A stretch of DNA of 35,270 bases. Origin: Psammoneis japonica. Lineage: Eukaryota. The stretch is taken from contig QPGO01000385.1 in assembly GCA_008632985.1 (NCBI GenBank), forward strand, positions 1 to 35,270, given 5' to 3'. Within the stretch, counting starts at the first letter, position 1; each line of letters begins with the position of its first letter. The notes beneath the pieces are model-generated. The model searched no databases, was not told the DNA's origin, and saw only the letters and a list, made by a program, of their open reading frames with translations. Shown here piece after piece: positions 1-11,366 of the stretch. The translations under genes were made by a program, and so were the position numbers.

Positions 1-618
1 GAGCTCAAATTTTGGTTTGCTTTTCTTTGGGGACCAAAAATCGCAAAGGGTCTCAGACTGCGGAAGTCCACGGATCCGGACCATGTCCATGTCAATGCAG
101 CAGAGTTCATTGTCATCATGCTCAAGTTGGCAGCCATTGTCGTTCGCATGGAGAACATGACTCCAGAACAGGCGCATGAGTTCTTCCGGGACGGCATCGC
201 CCCACTGCATCTGGTCGTCAGAAGTTGCTCAGACAACATGGCATCAGTCAACCGGACAAACAAAGCCACTTCGAAGTTGCCACAAGGGCAACGATGCACA
301 TGGGTTTTTTGTGAATTACTGCGTCGTGCGCGTGCCAACCTAAATGGCGATCATGTCTTTGGTGACGAGAATTTTGTCGCACATGACATCTCACGACCTT
401 CTGTTTTTGCCCTGATCTCGAATCGTCACCATTCTGAACAGCTGTTTCAGAAGCATCCCTTTCTGAAGACCTGGGACCATTTCCAGCTGAGTCAAGAGCT
501 CTTGCAGCTCCTCTCCTCACAGCTGTCTACCAAGCACAGAACGGCACCCCAGATCCCAAGCGACTTGGGACAGCTCGTTCCTGCCGAATCCATTTCCTCT
601 GCTTTTGCAAGAGCATGA
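1..618 (+). pseudogene. C-terminal RNase H region of the YR-retrotransposon pol (degenerate)
   Basis: ORF 118-618 contains SDNMASVNRTNKATS and NFVAHDISR, resembling the DN...W..K and N..AD..SR motifs of DIRS/Ngaro RNase H. It overlaps the YR ORF. Confidence 0.65.
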
Positions 619-1694
619 AGTGGGATCTAGAAGATCCGGAAATGACTGTGGTTGGCAAGGACCTGAAACATTGCCAATTGGTGCCAGCTGTGCATGCGTC
701 ACATCCAGCAACCGGGGCCACCCTACACTGTGAAAACATTTCCACAGGTGCCATCAAGGAAAGCATCCACGACATCTCCACGTTCGTGTCTCCATTTGGT
801 TCCAACTGTCGGGACGTCCACAAGGACAACAGTGTGGACACCAAAATGGGATGGATCCTCAGGGGAGCATTTGATGAACTCCAACAGTGCGACAAGGTCC
901 CGGACCGACGCGAGTCGTGTGCATTGCTTGTGCAACAACATGCGACTTCAACAGCAGCAGACATGCGAGAAACCGACCCCGACGCAATCGAGGTGGTCCT
1001 CGCTGACTGGTTTGAGATCAGCCCAATGGCAGGCCTGCACAGCATTGAGTGGGCACAGTCCAATGACCACTCAGACCTGGAGAATCCCAGACTCAACATC
1101 TTCGAGGAGACATGCGCGTTCTGCCTCGATGATGTGCGCATCGAGACCAAGGACAAGCACCGATGCACTGGGGCTGATTGCCTCACCCCCAAGCAAGATG
1201 ACATCGAGAGCATGTTTGTTACGTTTCAAGCTCAGAAGAACCTGCAACATGGCGAGGAGTGCCAGTTCACCTTGAACCTCACGGGCACTCACAACTTGGT
1301 CAAGCCGATGCTTCGCGTGATCCAACGCTTCGTACGGGTCCACGGCAAAGATGACAAAACCTGCCCCCTGGCCCTCCATTTTGATCCCAAGGAGAACAAG
1401 TGCCGCCTTGTGACATCCAAGAAAATTGAAGCCCACATGCGCCGAATTGCAGCAGAGGTGTGCCACCTTGATCAGGCAAAGGATAAAAAGGCTGTCAGCA
1501 AATGGTCAGCACATTCCCTCCGTGTTGGAGCCTGCAACATCCTCCATGAGATGAATTTTAGTGCCGAGCAGATTAAGTGGCTGCTAAGATGGCGATCCGA
1601 CGCCTTTGTGGCGTGCCTCCGTAACTGCTTGGGTCTCTCTCAGGCCCATTGCCGAGCCCTCAATAAGGCAGCACCCATGCCGTTCTTTGACTAA
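615..1694 (+). pseudogene. Tyrosine recombinase of the YR retrotransposon; catalytic Tyr apparently mutated to Cys
   Basis: 359-aa ORF with HSLRVGA (H-x-x-R box) and LRWRSDAFVAC, where the C sits at the catalytic Y position. Confidence 0.85.
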
Positions 1695-1965
1695 TTTGTT
1701 TTCTTGCTGTTTGCACATGTCTGTTCCATTTTCGTCCTCTCTGTGTGACATCGTTCGCACACTGTCGTTTTTCTGTGTCAGACATTCAAAATTGAAATTT
1801 TAAAATTTCATCCTAACTTCAGATTCAAACACCACATTCGAGAGGAACATTTGTCTGTTCCTCATGTCAGAAGATGATCTTTTTTTTTTCTGGTTGGCTC
1901 TGCCTCCGATGACATGGGCGCTGTCGCAATGCTTGCAGCATTCCGTGTCGGCAGCATGGTCTGTG

Positions 1966-2215
1966 CACAGTGAAAAAGGGAACCAATTTCTTGGCACTGG
2001 CGATTCCAAGCCCAGTCCCATGTCCTCATTGCTTCACCTGCTGGTGACTGTTTTCATCGTGGCAAACACTGTGAGTCCACACACGGACATGAACATTGTG
2101 TGTGTGCCAGACAACATCCATCTGATTGCATCAATTGACAAGAGACGCTTCCACTGTGCCATGTCATTGGAGTGCAGACAGCCGAGGAGGAGGCAGGGAA
2201 TCTGTGGGATTCTTG
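1966..2215 (+). repeat. 250-bp direct repeat, copy 1 (putative Ngaro B1)
   Basis: CACAGTGAAAAAGGG...GGGATTCTTG recurs at 2454-2703. Confidence 0.85.
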
Positions 2216-2453
2216 TAGCCAAGACTCTAAGCCAAGCAAGGAGAGGACCTCCTTGACTGGACCGAGAGTCACCGCACGAATGTAGCAGCGAAATGGGTTG
2301 AAGGACGGACGACGGACGAGACGAGCGGAAACGAGGCCAGCCCAAGGGATCCCTCATTGTCTGGCAGGATGGGAGACACCATGGCACTGTCGAGGCATCT
2401 CCAAGGAGATGCCAACAATGAAAATTGAAAAACCCACCTCTCCCTCCCCTGCA

Positions 2454-2703
2454 CACAGTGAAAAAGGGAGCCAATTTCTTGGCACTGGTGATTCCAAGCC
2501 CAGCCCCACATCCCAATTGCTTCACCTGCTGGCGACTGTTTTCATCGTGGCAAACACCATGAGTCTGCCTGCGGATGTGAACATCACGTAAATGCTGGAC
2601 ATCATCCATGTGATTGCATCGATTGACAAGAGACGCTTCCACTGTGCCATGTCATCGGAGTGCAGACAGCCGAGGCGGAGGCAGGGAATCCGTGGGATTC
2701 TTG
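2454..2703 (+). repeat. 250-bp direct repeat, copy 2 (putative Ngaro B2, element 3' end)
   Basis: Colinear with 1966-2215; differences are mostly transitions. Confidence 0.85.
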
Positions 2704-2789
2704 AATCGATTGAGCGACAAAACTGACGTTCGGCAGCAACCGGCAAGCTCCCCGCAAAAGAACTCGGCACATGTCCGGTCACGCAGGCA

Positions 2790-4411
2790 GGAAGTTGGTT
2801 ACAAAAGTCCGAACTTTTACAAAAGTTCGAACTTTTTATTTCCACGTAGAAACAACACGGTGGCTACGTGGAGGCACCCTGATTGTCCGTTGTTCTTGCC
2901 ATTGTGGCAGCTGTGACTGCCAGATGTTCATTGCACAAAGGCTTTGTGTGTCACACTGTGTGTCAGTGTTTGTTTGACGTATTTTTTGACCCTGAGACAT
3001 GTCTTCTTGGTCGCATCTGGCATCAAACAGTTCCATTTCGTGACAGTCGAAATCATCACAAGTCGCGCGATCGAGTGAACCAAAACTCTCATGTAGAAGC
3101 AGCACTGAAAATGCGCAGAAAAAAGTTCGGACTTTTGTAACCCCCCCAAAAATCGCCCTTTTCAACCAATGATTTCTCAACCATTGTTCGATGAATGACC
3201 GCCGGAGTTGCTGCAAACAATTGCATCAGTGCATGAGGATTGAGGGCAAATGCTCTGGAATCTAGAGTTGGGAATTTTTTGGCCTAAAAAAATCGAAGAG
3301 AGAGCAGCATCACTCACCTGTTTGATGTTTGATGTGGCAAGTTTGTCCGGCGATGCATGGCGAGACATGAGCAAACAAGACAATGCATGGAGAAGTTGCG
3401 AGAGAAACCAGACTTAGAAATTGCTCGCCTGTTCTGGCTTTGCATCCCATGAGTTCCTACAAGGGAAACACAGAAACACAACGTCAACATGCCGTTCGCC
3501 AAAACTCGCTGACACAAACATGCCGATGCAATGATTCGCAGCTCACTCTGCACCAGCCTTGACGTGTCTGCCGGACCTGCATTTTATTTGCACTGTTGAC
3601 ATGATTCTTCAAGGCGTCAGAGCCACGGTCTGTCATCGTTTGAGTGGCTGGGGCGGACACCATGGTGTCGGGTGATGCGTTCTTGATTTTTTGTGTGATG
3701 ATGAGAAATGAATGAGAATCCAGGATTGGCGAACAACCAGGCCTGCGGGGAGCATTGACCACTTGTCTTTCTTTGTGGGTGTGGGTGTGTGCCGTTGCAT
3801 GCTGCATTGCCTGTGCGCACGCAGGGCCCTGCCGCTGGGGCCAGCATTGTGGCGGCTGAGTGGCGTGGTCACCGCGCCGCACCGGTGACGCGGATGACCA
3901 TTGTGTTTGATGTCTCATGCCATTTTTGGGGCTGTGGCGAGGTGCACGGACACTCTTTTTTTCCAATTCATTGCCACAATGGCGCATCGCACAAACTCAC
4001 TTGTTGTTTGACATGTCTTCCCCAATGGACTGTTTTGTGTGGAATTCATGACAAATTGTCTTTGTTTGTAACTGGGTGCATTTTTCAACATGCCATGCCA
4101 GCAATCCCAATTTTTCAGAACTTTCAAGCTCTCCCGAAAAACCGTGCCACGCACCTGTCGCAGGGAATTTGTCGATTTTTTAGGATGTCCCCACAACCTC
4201 TGATGTCCTCAATGACAATTCCAAGAATCCGAAGAATTCATCTGCACTAAACAACCCACACCCTTTCAAAATCCAAGGGACACACTTTCAAATTCAGACG
4301 GACAACCCGCCCGACTGCCCGACCCCCCGACTGCCGGACCAACACGAAAAAGTCTGCAATCACCAACCACTGAGTGGTCAATGAAAGTTCGAACTTTTGT
4401 CACCAACTTCC
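2790..4411. mobile_element. Non-autonomous DNA transposon (MITE-like) with 28-bp TIRs
   Basis: GGAAGTTGGTTACAAAAGTCCGAACTTT (2790-2817) is the inverted complement of 4384-4411 with 2 mismatches. CA flanks both ends. Extra copies of the TIR core occur at 2818-2835 and, inverted, at 3122-3142. No recognisable transposase. Confidence 0.7.
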
Positions 4412-5070
4412 CAGCTCCGAGTTTATGAAAAAAAAGAGAGAGGAAAAGGAGGAGGGGAGGAGAAAACGCCATGCGTTCAATTCGCGCGTACGATGGACAG
4501 ACGTTTTACGACATGATTCATGCTGCTGCGACAAAAACAAACCAACCATGATGCGGCAACAACCGATGTTTGATCTTGCCACCAAACCTTTTCCTGCCAA
4601 AAATGTCAATGCATGACATCCACATTTTGCTGTGACAAGTGTGTCAATTGCAAGAGACGTGAGATGAAACCCAAAAATGAACAACAAAAGCTCCTTCCTG
4701 CAGCTGTGCCGCTGCCCAGACTGCACATTTTCACAACTTGCACAGCAACAGCCAATGTTCTGTTTTTGCTGCCAAACCTTTCCTGCCATGATTGCTGATG
4801 ATCAGCATGCTGTGCTGTTTCTCTTTGGCAAGTGTGCCAGCGAAAAGAGAAGCACAGCAGGAAAAAACCCAAGCAAGCAGGGCAAATGCAAAGGCCCTTT
4901 GCACGGTTTTGCCACAAAACTCAGGTTCTCAGCTCTCACAGCGTGTGCACTTCAATTTAAGTTTGCACTTGACAGATTGAAGGCTGACTTTCAGCAATCA
5001 GGTGTCAGGCTCTGCTGTGTCACACTGTGCCTGTGAGCAGCAGCGCCAAGGTTGCTTGGCAACCCAGCAG

Positions 5071-5395
5071 CCAGCTCTCTGTGAAAAATGGTTGCAAAAG
5101 GAAAGGATCTGCCTGCTGCAACACAAGAGAAAAGCAATCAAGAGTGCATTTTCCTGTGGTTTTGTGTCAAAGGAAATGTGCTTGTTTGCATTGCTGTGCT
5201 GGCAAGACCAGCTGCGAGGCACAGCCCAGCTGGCCAGCCACCGCCAGCGCAGTGGGTGCTGGCCTCCTCTCATGATGTTGGCATTGGGCCACATCATGCA
5301 GCTGTGCCACTGCAGTCAAATGGCATTTCTGCCAGCTCTGCATGAAAAAATGATTGCAAAAGGAAAGGAGCCATCTGCAGCGCAAGAGACAAGCA
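5071..5395 (+). repeat. Degenerate ~65-bp direct repeat pair (5071-5136 and 5332-5395)
   Basis: CCAGCTCT..TGAAAAA..TTGCAAAAGGAAAGGA...CAAGAGA.AAGCA occurs twice. Confidence 0.55.
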
Positions 5396-6270
5396 GCTGC
5401 CAAGCTCCCCATGGTGGCGGGCTCTGCTTGGAGTGTTGCAGCAGCTGTGCTCTGTGCTGGCCATCCAACAGAGATGAGTGGACCACAATGTTGGCTGCAA
5501 GATGAAAGGACTGTGTTGGTCACAACTGGCACCAAACAAGTGCGGGAAATTTTCCTTTCATCCGAGGAAATTTGGGGGCTGCTGAGAGAGGAGCCCCCCA
5601 TGACCCAAAACCCTGCTCATGCTCACATCTTGATTTCCCCCTCATTGGCTTGTTAAATGAAGAAAACAAAGAGGCTTTCCTCTTTTGTTTTGTTGCACAA
5701 TGTGCGCCAGATTTGCCACACCAATTTGAGTTTTCTGGGCTTGCTTGGAGCAGATCACACTTGAAGAGACCATGGAAGCACATCTTTTTGTCCTTGAGAA
5801 AGTGCCTCCCAATGGTGTCTGCCTCACTCATTGAGTGCATTGCACAAAAAGATGTGTTTTGGCAGCCACAGGCTCTGTGCAAATCAACTTCTAGATGAAA
5901 GGTTCATGACGGTTGCAACCACGCATTGAATCACTGATTGTTTTTTCCTTTTCTTATTTTCTTGTGTTTCCTTGTCTAGGAAATTCAGCGCCAAATGAGG
6001 AATTCCCTGTGATCGAAAACCCACAACAATGCGGTGATTGGCACGTTGACAATGATTCCGTCTGTGGCGTCGCCATCAAATTTGTGCTGGAAAACCATGC
6101 AGGTTTCTGCTTGTCGCCATCAAAATGGAATTGTGTCATTGTCAAATTCCACACAAACCCTGGTGCATTTCCCACACAGTTCACAAAGAGCTGCCTGCAC
6201 AGCTGGACGATTGCCAAGAACTCCGGGGAACCAAATTCATGTAGAAGGAGCACCAGGGCCCCAGTGGAAA

Positions 6271-6549
6271 CAACAGAAATTGAAGGCAAATGGCAAGAAT
6301 TCAAACAACAACTCCTTGCTGCTGTCTAAACAGCAGATGAGTCTCCGCTCAGAGACCGTTGCAGGAGCCGAAAGACATGCAAGTCGGCACAATCGGGCTG
6401 CTGTTGTTGTTCTTGTGAGCCGTGTGGCTCGAAAGCAAACTGCATCACGCGCATGCGCGCGGAACTAAAGAGCACACAAAACTGTGCGCGGCAAACTAAA
6501 ATGGCGCGCGACATTTCGCGCGCACCTAAATCCCATTCAAATCCTGTCA
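6271..6549 (-). repeat. 3' LTR of copia element 1
   Basis: Colinear with 19921-20199; starts TGACAGG right after the PPT on the minus strand. Confidence 0.92.
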
Positions 6550-6555
6550 CTCCCC
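6550..6555 (-). other. Polypurine tract of copia element 1
   Basis: GGGGAG on the minus strand abuts the LTR TG. Confidence 0.8.
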
Positions 6556-6559
6556 AGTT

Positions 6560-7496
6560 TGCTTGAGGAGTCACAGAAACAGATTCAACTTCGGATGGAA
6601 TGAAGTTCCAAAACATGAGGGGACGGAGAAGGTCCCAGATTTGGGAGCAACCCCAATGCTTGCCAAGAATGTCAGCAGGGTTGCGGGAGCCTTCGATGAA
6701 GTGGAACTCAATGCAGCCAGAGGCAATCGCTTCACGTGCATGATGGAATGACAGAGCGGTGTGTCACTTGTGTAACTTGGAGTGCGGGATGGTGGCACTG
6801 TCCACAACCAACTTGTTGTCACCGAACATGTGACCAATGTCATGGATCGGGATGCCGAGGTGACGCAGAGTGATGCGCAGGTCGACAATCTGCTCGACAC
6901 AAGTCCTTGCGGCAACAAATTCAGACCCGCAGGTCGCAGTCTCCACGGTGGCTTGCTTCTTAGAGAACCAATCAGCCAGGAATTTGTTGAGGAAGTGGAG
7001 CATTCCCATGACAGAGCGTCCGGTGAGCATGCAATGACACAAGTTTGCATCGACGCAGTGGGTGGTGGTGACAAACTTGCCAAGGGGCGGTGGAGCGTCC
7101 TTCGGGATCATCTCCTCTGCTTCGCCGTACACGGAATGCATCCATTCACAGGCTGGTGCAGGGAGATCCAAACAGTCGGGCTCTTCCGTGCGAACGCGGA
7201 GAGCGCCGTGTCGCATCTTGGAGAGGCACCCACAGATGCGTTTGGCACGATCCAAGTGGCCTTGACGGGGCGCAGCTTGGAAGCTAGAGAGTGACATGAC
7301 GGCCGTGGCAATGTCAATTCGACCAAGAGACACTGCCCATTGGAGGGAACCAACAAGAGACTGGAACTGTTGAATGCCATCGGGCTCCAGCAGTTCGGAA
7401 GCATCCAGTTTGGGGTGGTCACCCTTTTCCAGAGGGGACAGGACGTTGGTGGCAGGTTTCTCCCCAAACAGTTGTGTGCAGCTGTCGATCATGCGC
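6560..7496 (-). pseudogene. Copia 1 pol, RT C-terminus and RNase H (degenerate)
   Basis: Motifs LEKGDHP, SLVGSLQW, GRIDIATAV, CVDANLCH, WFSKKQATVETATCGSEFVAA and MFGDN. Confidence 0.92.
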
Positions 7497-7635
7497 GGCT
7501 CACGCTGCCCATCTTGTTCCTTCTCCTGCGGCTCTCTAGTGCTGTCTAGAGATCTTCTGGTGATGGACTGGAATGGCTTTGCCAGCGGATGTGCAAGCCT
7601 CATTCCCAAAAAACCCAAGCTGGAACAGCAGGGCC
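7497..7635 (-). repeat. Ngaro repeat B2 (139 bp), element 3' end
   Basis: Near-identical to 7855-7993; the copia RT resumes immediately after it. Confidence 0.92.
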
Positions 7636-7654
7636 AGAGGGCAGGAGAGGTGGG

Positions 7655-7851
7655 AGCATTAAAAACTGTCTAGCAGCTTCTTGCTCTTTGTTGCTCTTCG
7701 GAAGAATGAGTGAAACAAGGGAGAGAAAAAGAGCAAAAACCGTCATTTGCTCGCCAAGCTCGCGCAAGCACGTTCAATTTTGAATTCAAATGGTTTGCAT
7801 GACCCAACGGTCAAAAAACGGGTCATTTGCCTCGTTGTGCTGCACAAGGTG
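7655..7851 (-). repeat. Ngaro repeat A2 (197 bp)
   Basis: Near-identical to 13678-13874; nearly abuts B1. Confidence 0.92.
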
Positions 7852-7854
7852 TTT

Positions 7855-7993
7855 GGCTCATGCCGCCCGTCTTGTTCCTTCTCCTGCGGCTCTCTAGTGC
7901 TGTCTAGAGATCTTCCAGTGATGGACTGGAATGGCTTTGCTAGCGGATGCGCAAGCCTCATTCCCAAAAAACCCAAGCTGGAATGGCAGGGCC
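7855..7993 (-). repeat. Ngaro repeat B1 (139 bp)
   Basis: Near-identical to 7497-7635. Confidence 0.92.
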
Positions 7994-8063
7994 TTCCAGT
8001 GCCACCCACAGTGCCATGCACTCTTGGGAGGGTGGGTGGGTTGAGGCTGGAGGGCTGTGGTGA

Positions 8064-9256
8064 TCAGGCGTCTTGAGGATTCTGAGGAACGTCAGCATTG
8101 GGGTGTAGGACGAAGTCGCCACCGGCGAGCATGTGGCAAGCGAAGTTGCGCATGACTGGTTCTGCTTGCAAATGCAGGTGTCGCAACATTTCGTCGGATC
8201 ACCAGCGGCCTAAGAGCCGAATGAGATCGGTGTCAATGCGGGCACAAAGGAGGGCCATTGCCCCAGTGGCACGAAGACACCAAGCGGCAATGTCTCGGGT
8301 GGTGAAGCCGAGATTAGCCGGACCGAGAGCAGTGATGGCATTGCAAAGCATGCCGGTGATGTCGGCCGGGGACACATGACGCCAGGTGTTGTTTTGAAAG
8401 TAAACACCAAGGGGTGTGTCAGGGAGTGCACCATGGGTGCGCAAGTGTTGGACACGGCAGATGAGGGTGTGAACCGGGCACAGGTGAGGGTGACCGGAAA
8501 GACCGAGCCCTAGAACTTCGCCTTGCACTCCATTTTTCTGCGTGGTAAATGTGAGAGCAGCGAAGGTTGCTGTGTCAAGGTGTGCAAGTGGAGCTTGCAT
8601 GGCAACAAGACAAGTGCCAGCGGACGCAAGGGCAGACATCGGCGAGACGAAAGGGGGTGGTGTCGGATGGTGTTGCGGTGTATTCGCCAGGCCGCAACAA
8701 AAAGAAAAAGGCGATTACAATCATGTCAGCAATGTTCTTGTGTGCCCGGGTCATTGCTGAGGGCTGCGGCGGTCATAATCCATTGCAGCACTGCAATTGG
8801 GACAGGTTTTACGCGGTCTGGGGGTGGATCCTGCTTCTTGTAAAACCGGACTTGCCGGGAAAGACGGAAATTCATTGTGCCTTGGGATGTGTGGCGCGGA
8901 TCCGGGGCCCCCATTGCAGCGAACGTTTGGCCAACCGAACGTACGGCATCTTCAGCGGTTCTTCCATGGACGGGATTGCCCATCGGCACGAGGACTCCTG
9001 TGCGGCAGCGGTGCAAGAAGACTTGGAGGAAGACAACGGGGTCATCAACGTCTTCGAGGAGTGGGTCGATGGCCAAAGATGAGCAGAACTCTCGCCATTT
9101 GTCCCAATGGGCATTGGCGGTGGAGGCTCGTGAAGAGGTGACGCCATGCTGGACGGCGTGTTGAGCAGCATTGAGATCACATATGAACTCAGCTCTGGTG
9201 GAGGCGTCCAGAGACGCCAGGAGAGTGTCTGCGGATGGCAAAAATTGAAATGGCAC
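8064..9256 (-). pseudogene. Tyrosine recombinase of the Ngaro element (frameshifted, with an internal stop)
   Basis: ORFs 8726-9256 and 8199-8639 plus the continuation FTTQKNG, LCPV, CLRATGAMALL, LLGRW*SDEMLRHLH. Inferred changes are CGA>TGA and catalytic Y>H. Confidence 0.9.
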
Positions 9257-11366
9257 AGGAATTCACGGTTGGACAAAGACTGCAGGCGGGAGGCATCGTC
9301 AGCGGCAGTGTTGAGGTGTCCAGGCAAGCAGTCATGCAACCCCAAGTGGCGATGGCAGTGTTGATGGTAGGACTGGTGTCGAAGCAACCGGGAGGCGGGT
9401 TTGACGGTGGTGGTGGCACCTTTGCGTTGCCAATGCATGGTGCCTGAATTGTCGGTGCGTGAAAGGTTAGCACATTCACGGATGTCAAAGCAGTCGGCGG
9501 CGCCGCAGGACTGGATGACACTGCCGGCAAGTTCTAGGTCTGTGTCGGTGATGGGACCTCGCGGGTTGGAGAAAGTGGAGAGTTGACTGCTGACACTTTT
9601 GGGGAAAGGCAGTCGCCACACTGCGGGACCCGCATCTCTCCATTGACAGTGTCGGCAATTGCTGAAATGAGAGTGGCTGCTCTGGGTGCTGTGGTGCTTC
9701 TTGGCATAAGGACGCCGCCTGTGCCATGACCTGCAGCATCATGACAACCGGTGAGTGTTGGTCTTGGTGGAACCAATTCTTGAATGCGAACGGGTCAGGT
9801 GTCTAGGGCAGATTCTAGATCCCGAAAGTCATCTAGTGCGCAGTGCGCAGTGGCGGAGATCCGGACGCGTGAGTCCGGTGTGGTGTGTCGGAGATTTTCT
9901 TGGAGTGCTGAGAAGAGACCCCGGGAACCAGGGATGGCAATGCTCAAAGAGCGCAGCTCTCCCAACAGCTTCTGATGATCAGAGACGGCAGCACGTTTGC
10001 GTGTGCGGAGGAAATCCTTGTGCAGCGTTGTACGAAGTCGGGCATGCCGACGGGGCGTGAGCCGGATGGTCATAGCGTGAGCATCTATGAGCCATCCCAG
10101 GACTTCTTTCTGCATGGACCATGTGGCATCACCCTGGCGGAGCTTCTTGACGGAGACGGGCTCCTTGCAGGTGGCTGGGTCGTGTCCATCGAGTGGGCGA
10201 AAGACGTCATCAAGAGCATGCAGCAGCACACGGTGGACGTTGCGCCGGGCTTGTTTGGATCCTTGCGCAGCGCCAAGGAAGTCATCTACATAGATGTCGA
10301 TGCATTGCAAGCGGCGGCGCCGACGCGGTCGAAGGTGTGGGTTGGGCGTGTCAGGAATGGGCACGGCCTGTGAAGCTGCGGCAACTTGTGGTGGTTGGTG
10401 CTTCAGCAGGGGGCCATCTAAGAGCGCTTCCAGCGGATGTGGCGGCGCTTGGACATTGCGCACCAAATCCAAATTGGTGACATCGGCGACAGTTTCCATT
10501 GATGTGCAGAACAATGGTGGGGAGTTGGCCCAGCCCACAGGCAAGCGTGTTGGAATTGCCACTGATGGTGGCTCACCCGGTTGGCTCGGGAACACTGCAC
10601 CAAGTGTAGGAGCCTGTTCTGGTGCAACTTGCATGTGGCAACAACCATCGGCCAGGTCTATCTTCACAAGATAGACAGTGCCTTTTTCAGGATTGGCAAG
10701 GAGGATGCGGCATAGAAAGCGGTCAAAGGCACGTCCGAATTGCACAGCTTCCATTGCAGCGTTGGGTTGTGTGGAAGTGTTCAGCCCATGGTGGGTGTAG
10801 TCCACGATGGGACGGGGACGTCGACCGTGTTGAGGCACAACGCCAATTGGACTTAGGCGAAGACCGGGGGCGTGCCGCACTTCCTTGTAGGGGACAACAA
10901 CCCAAAAACCTTTTTCGACCACATCAGCCATGTCCTGGTGCAAAAACTCGATGTGTTCGTAGGCGGATTTGTGTGGACCCCTGGAGACACTAGCATCTAG
11001 CTCAGCACACGTCCATGGTGCATCGGCGACGGTGATGGGGGCACCTCGGCACTTGCAGGTGCTCAGAAGTCGATGAGCTGGGTGTTGCTTGACTCAATGG
11101 AGTGGACCCCAATCGCCTCTGCCGCTGTGATGACGCAACAAGCAACTGAGGCCTTTGCAACGCAGTGACGCAGTGTCAATTCGCATGTGCTCACCCAATT
11201 TATCATTGAAGATTGTGGCAGCAACATCCTGTCCACGGGCAGTGGGGCGGGTGCGCTGCCTCTTGAAACTCTCCACAGTCGGGGGTTGTGGATGCGACAG
11301 CGACTCGGCCATCGCGGGTGAAGGCTCTCGGCTCCAAGTCCCCGAACTTGGGCCATTGCCGAAGAC
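9150..11366 (-). pseudogene. Ngaro RT and RNase H (degenerate)
   Basis: RT motifs SPIGVVPQ, RPIVDY, KIDLADG, LPVGWANSP and YVDDFLG; RH motifs HDAAGHG, DLELAG, TDNS..MHWQRKG and NTAADDASR. Confidence 0.92.

Larger units (their letters stand above)
1..2703 (+). mobile_element. 3' part of a tyrosine-recombinase (Ngaro/DIRS-like) retrotransposon; the 5' part lies outside the window
   Basis: An RNase H-like ORF followed by a YR ORF, then a B1-spacer-B2 direct-repeat arrangement (1966-2215 and 2454-2703) like the 3' end of Ngaro elements. Confidence 0.75.

Noticed and set aside
615..1694. Phage or integron integrase interpretation of the YR ORFs
   Set aside because: The linkage to RT/RNase H and split direct repeats identifies eukaryotic YR retrotransposons.
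4414..6265. Possible host gene or further TE
   Set aside because: No recognisable protein motif or termini; only short degenerate repeats.
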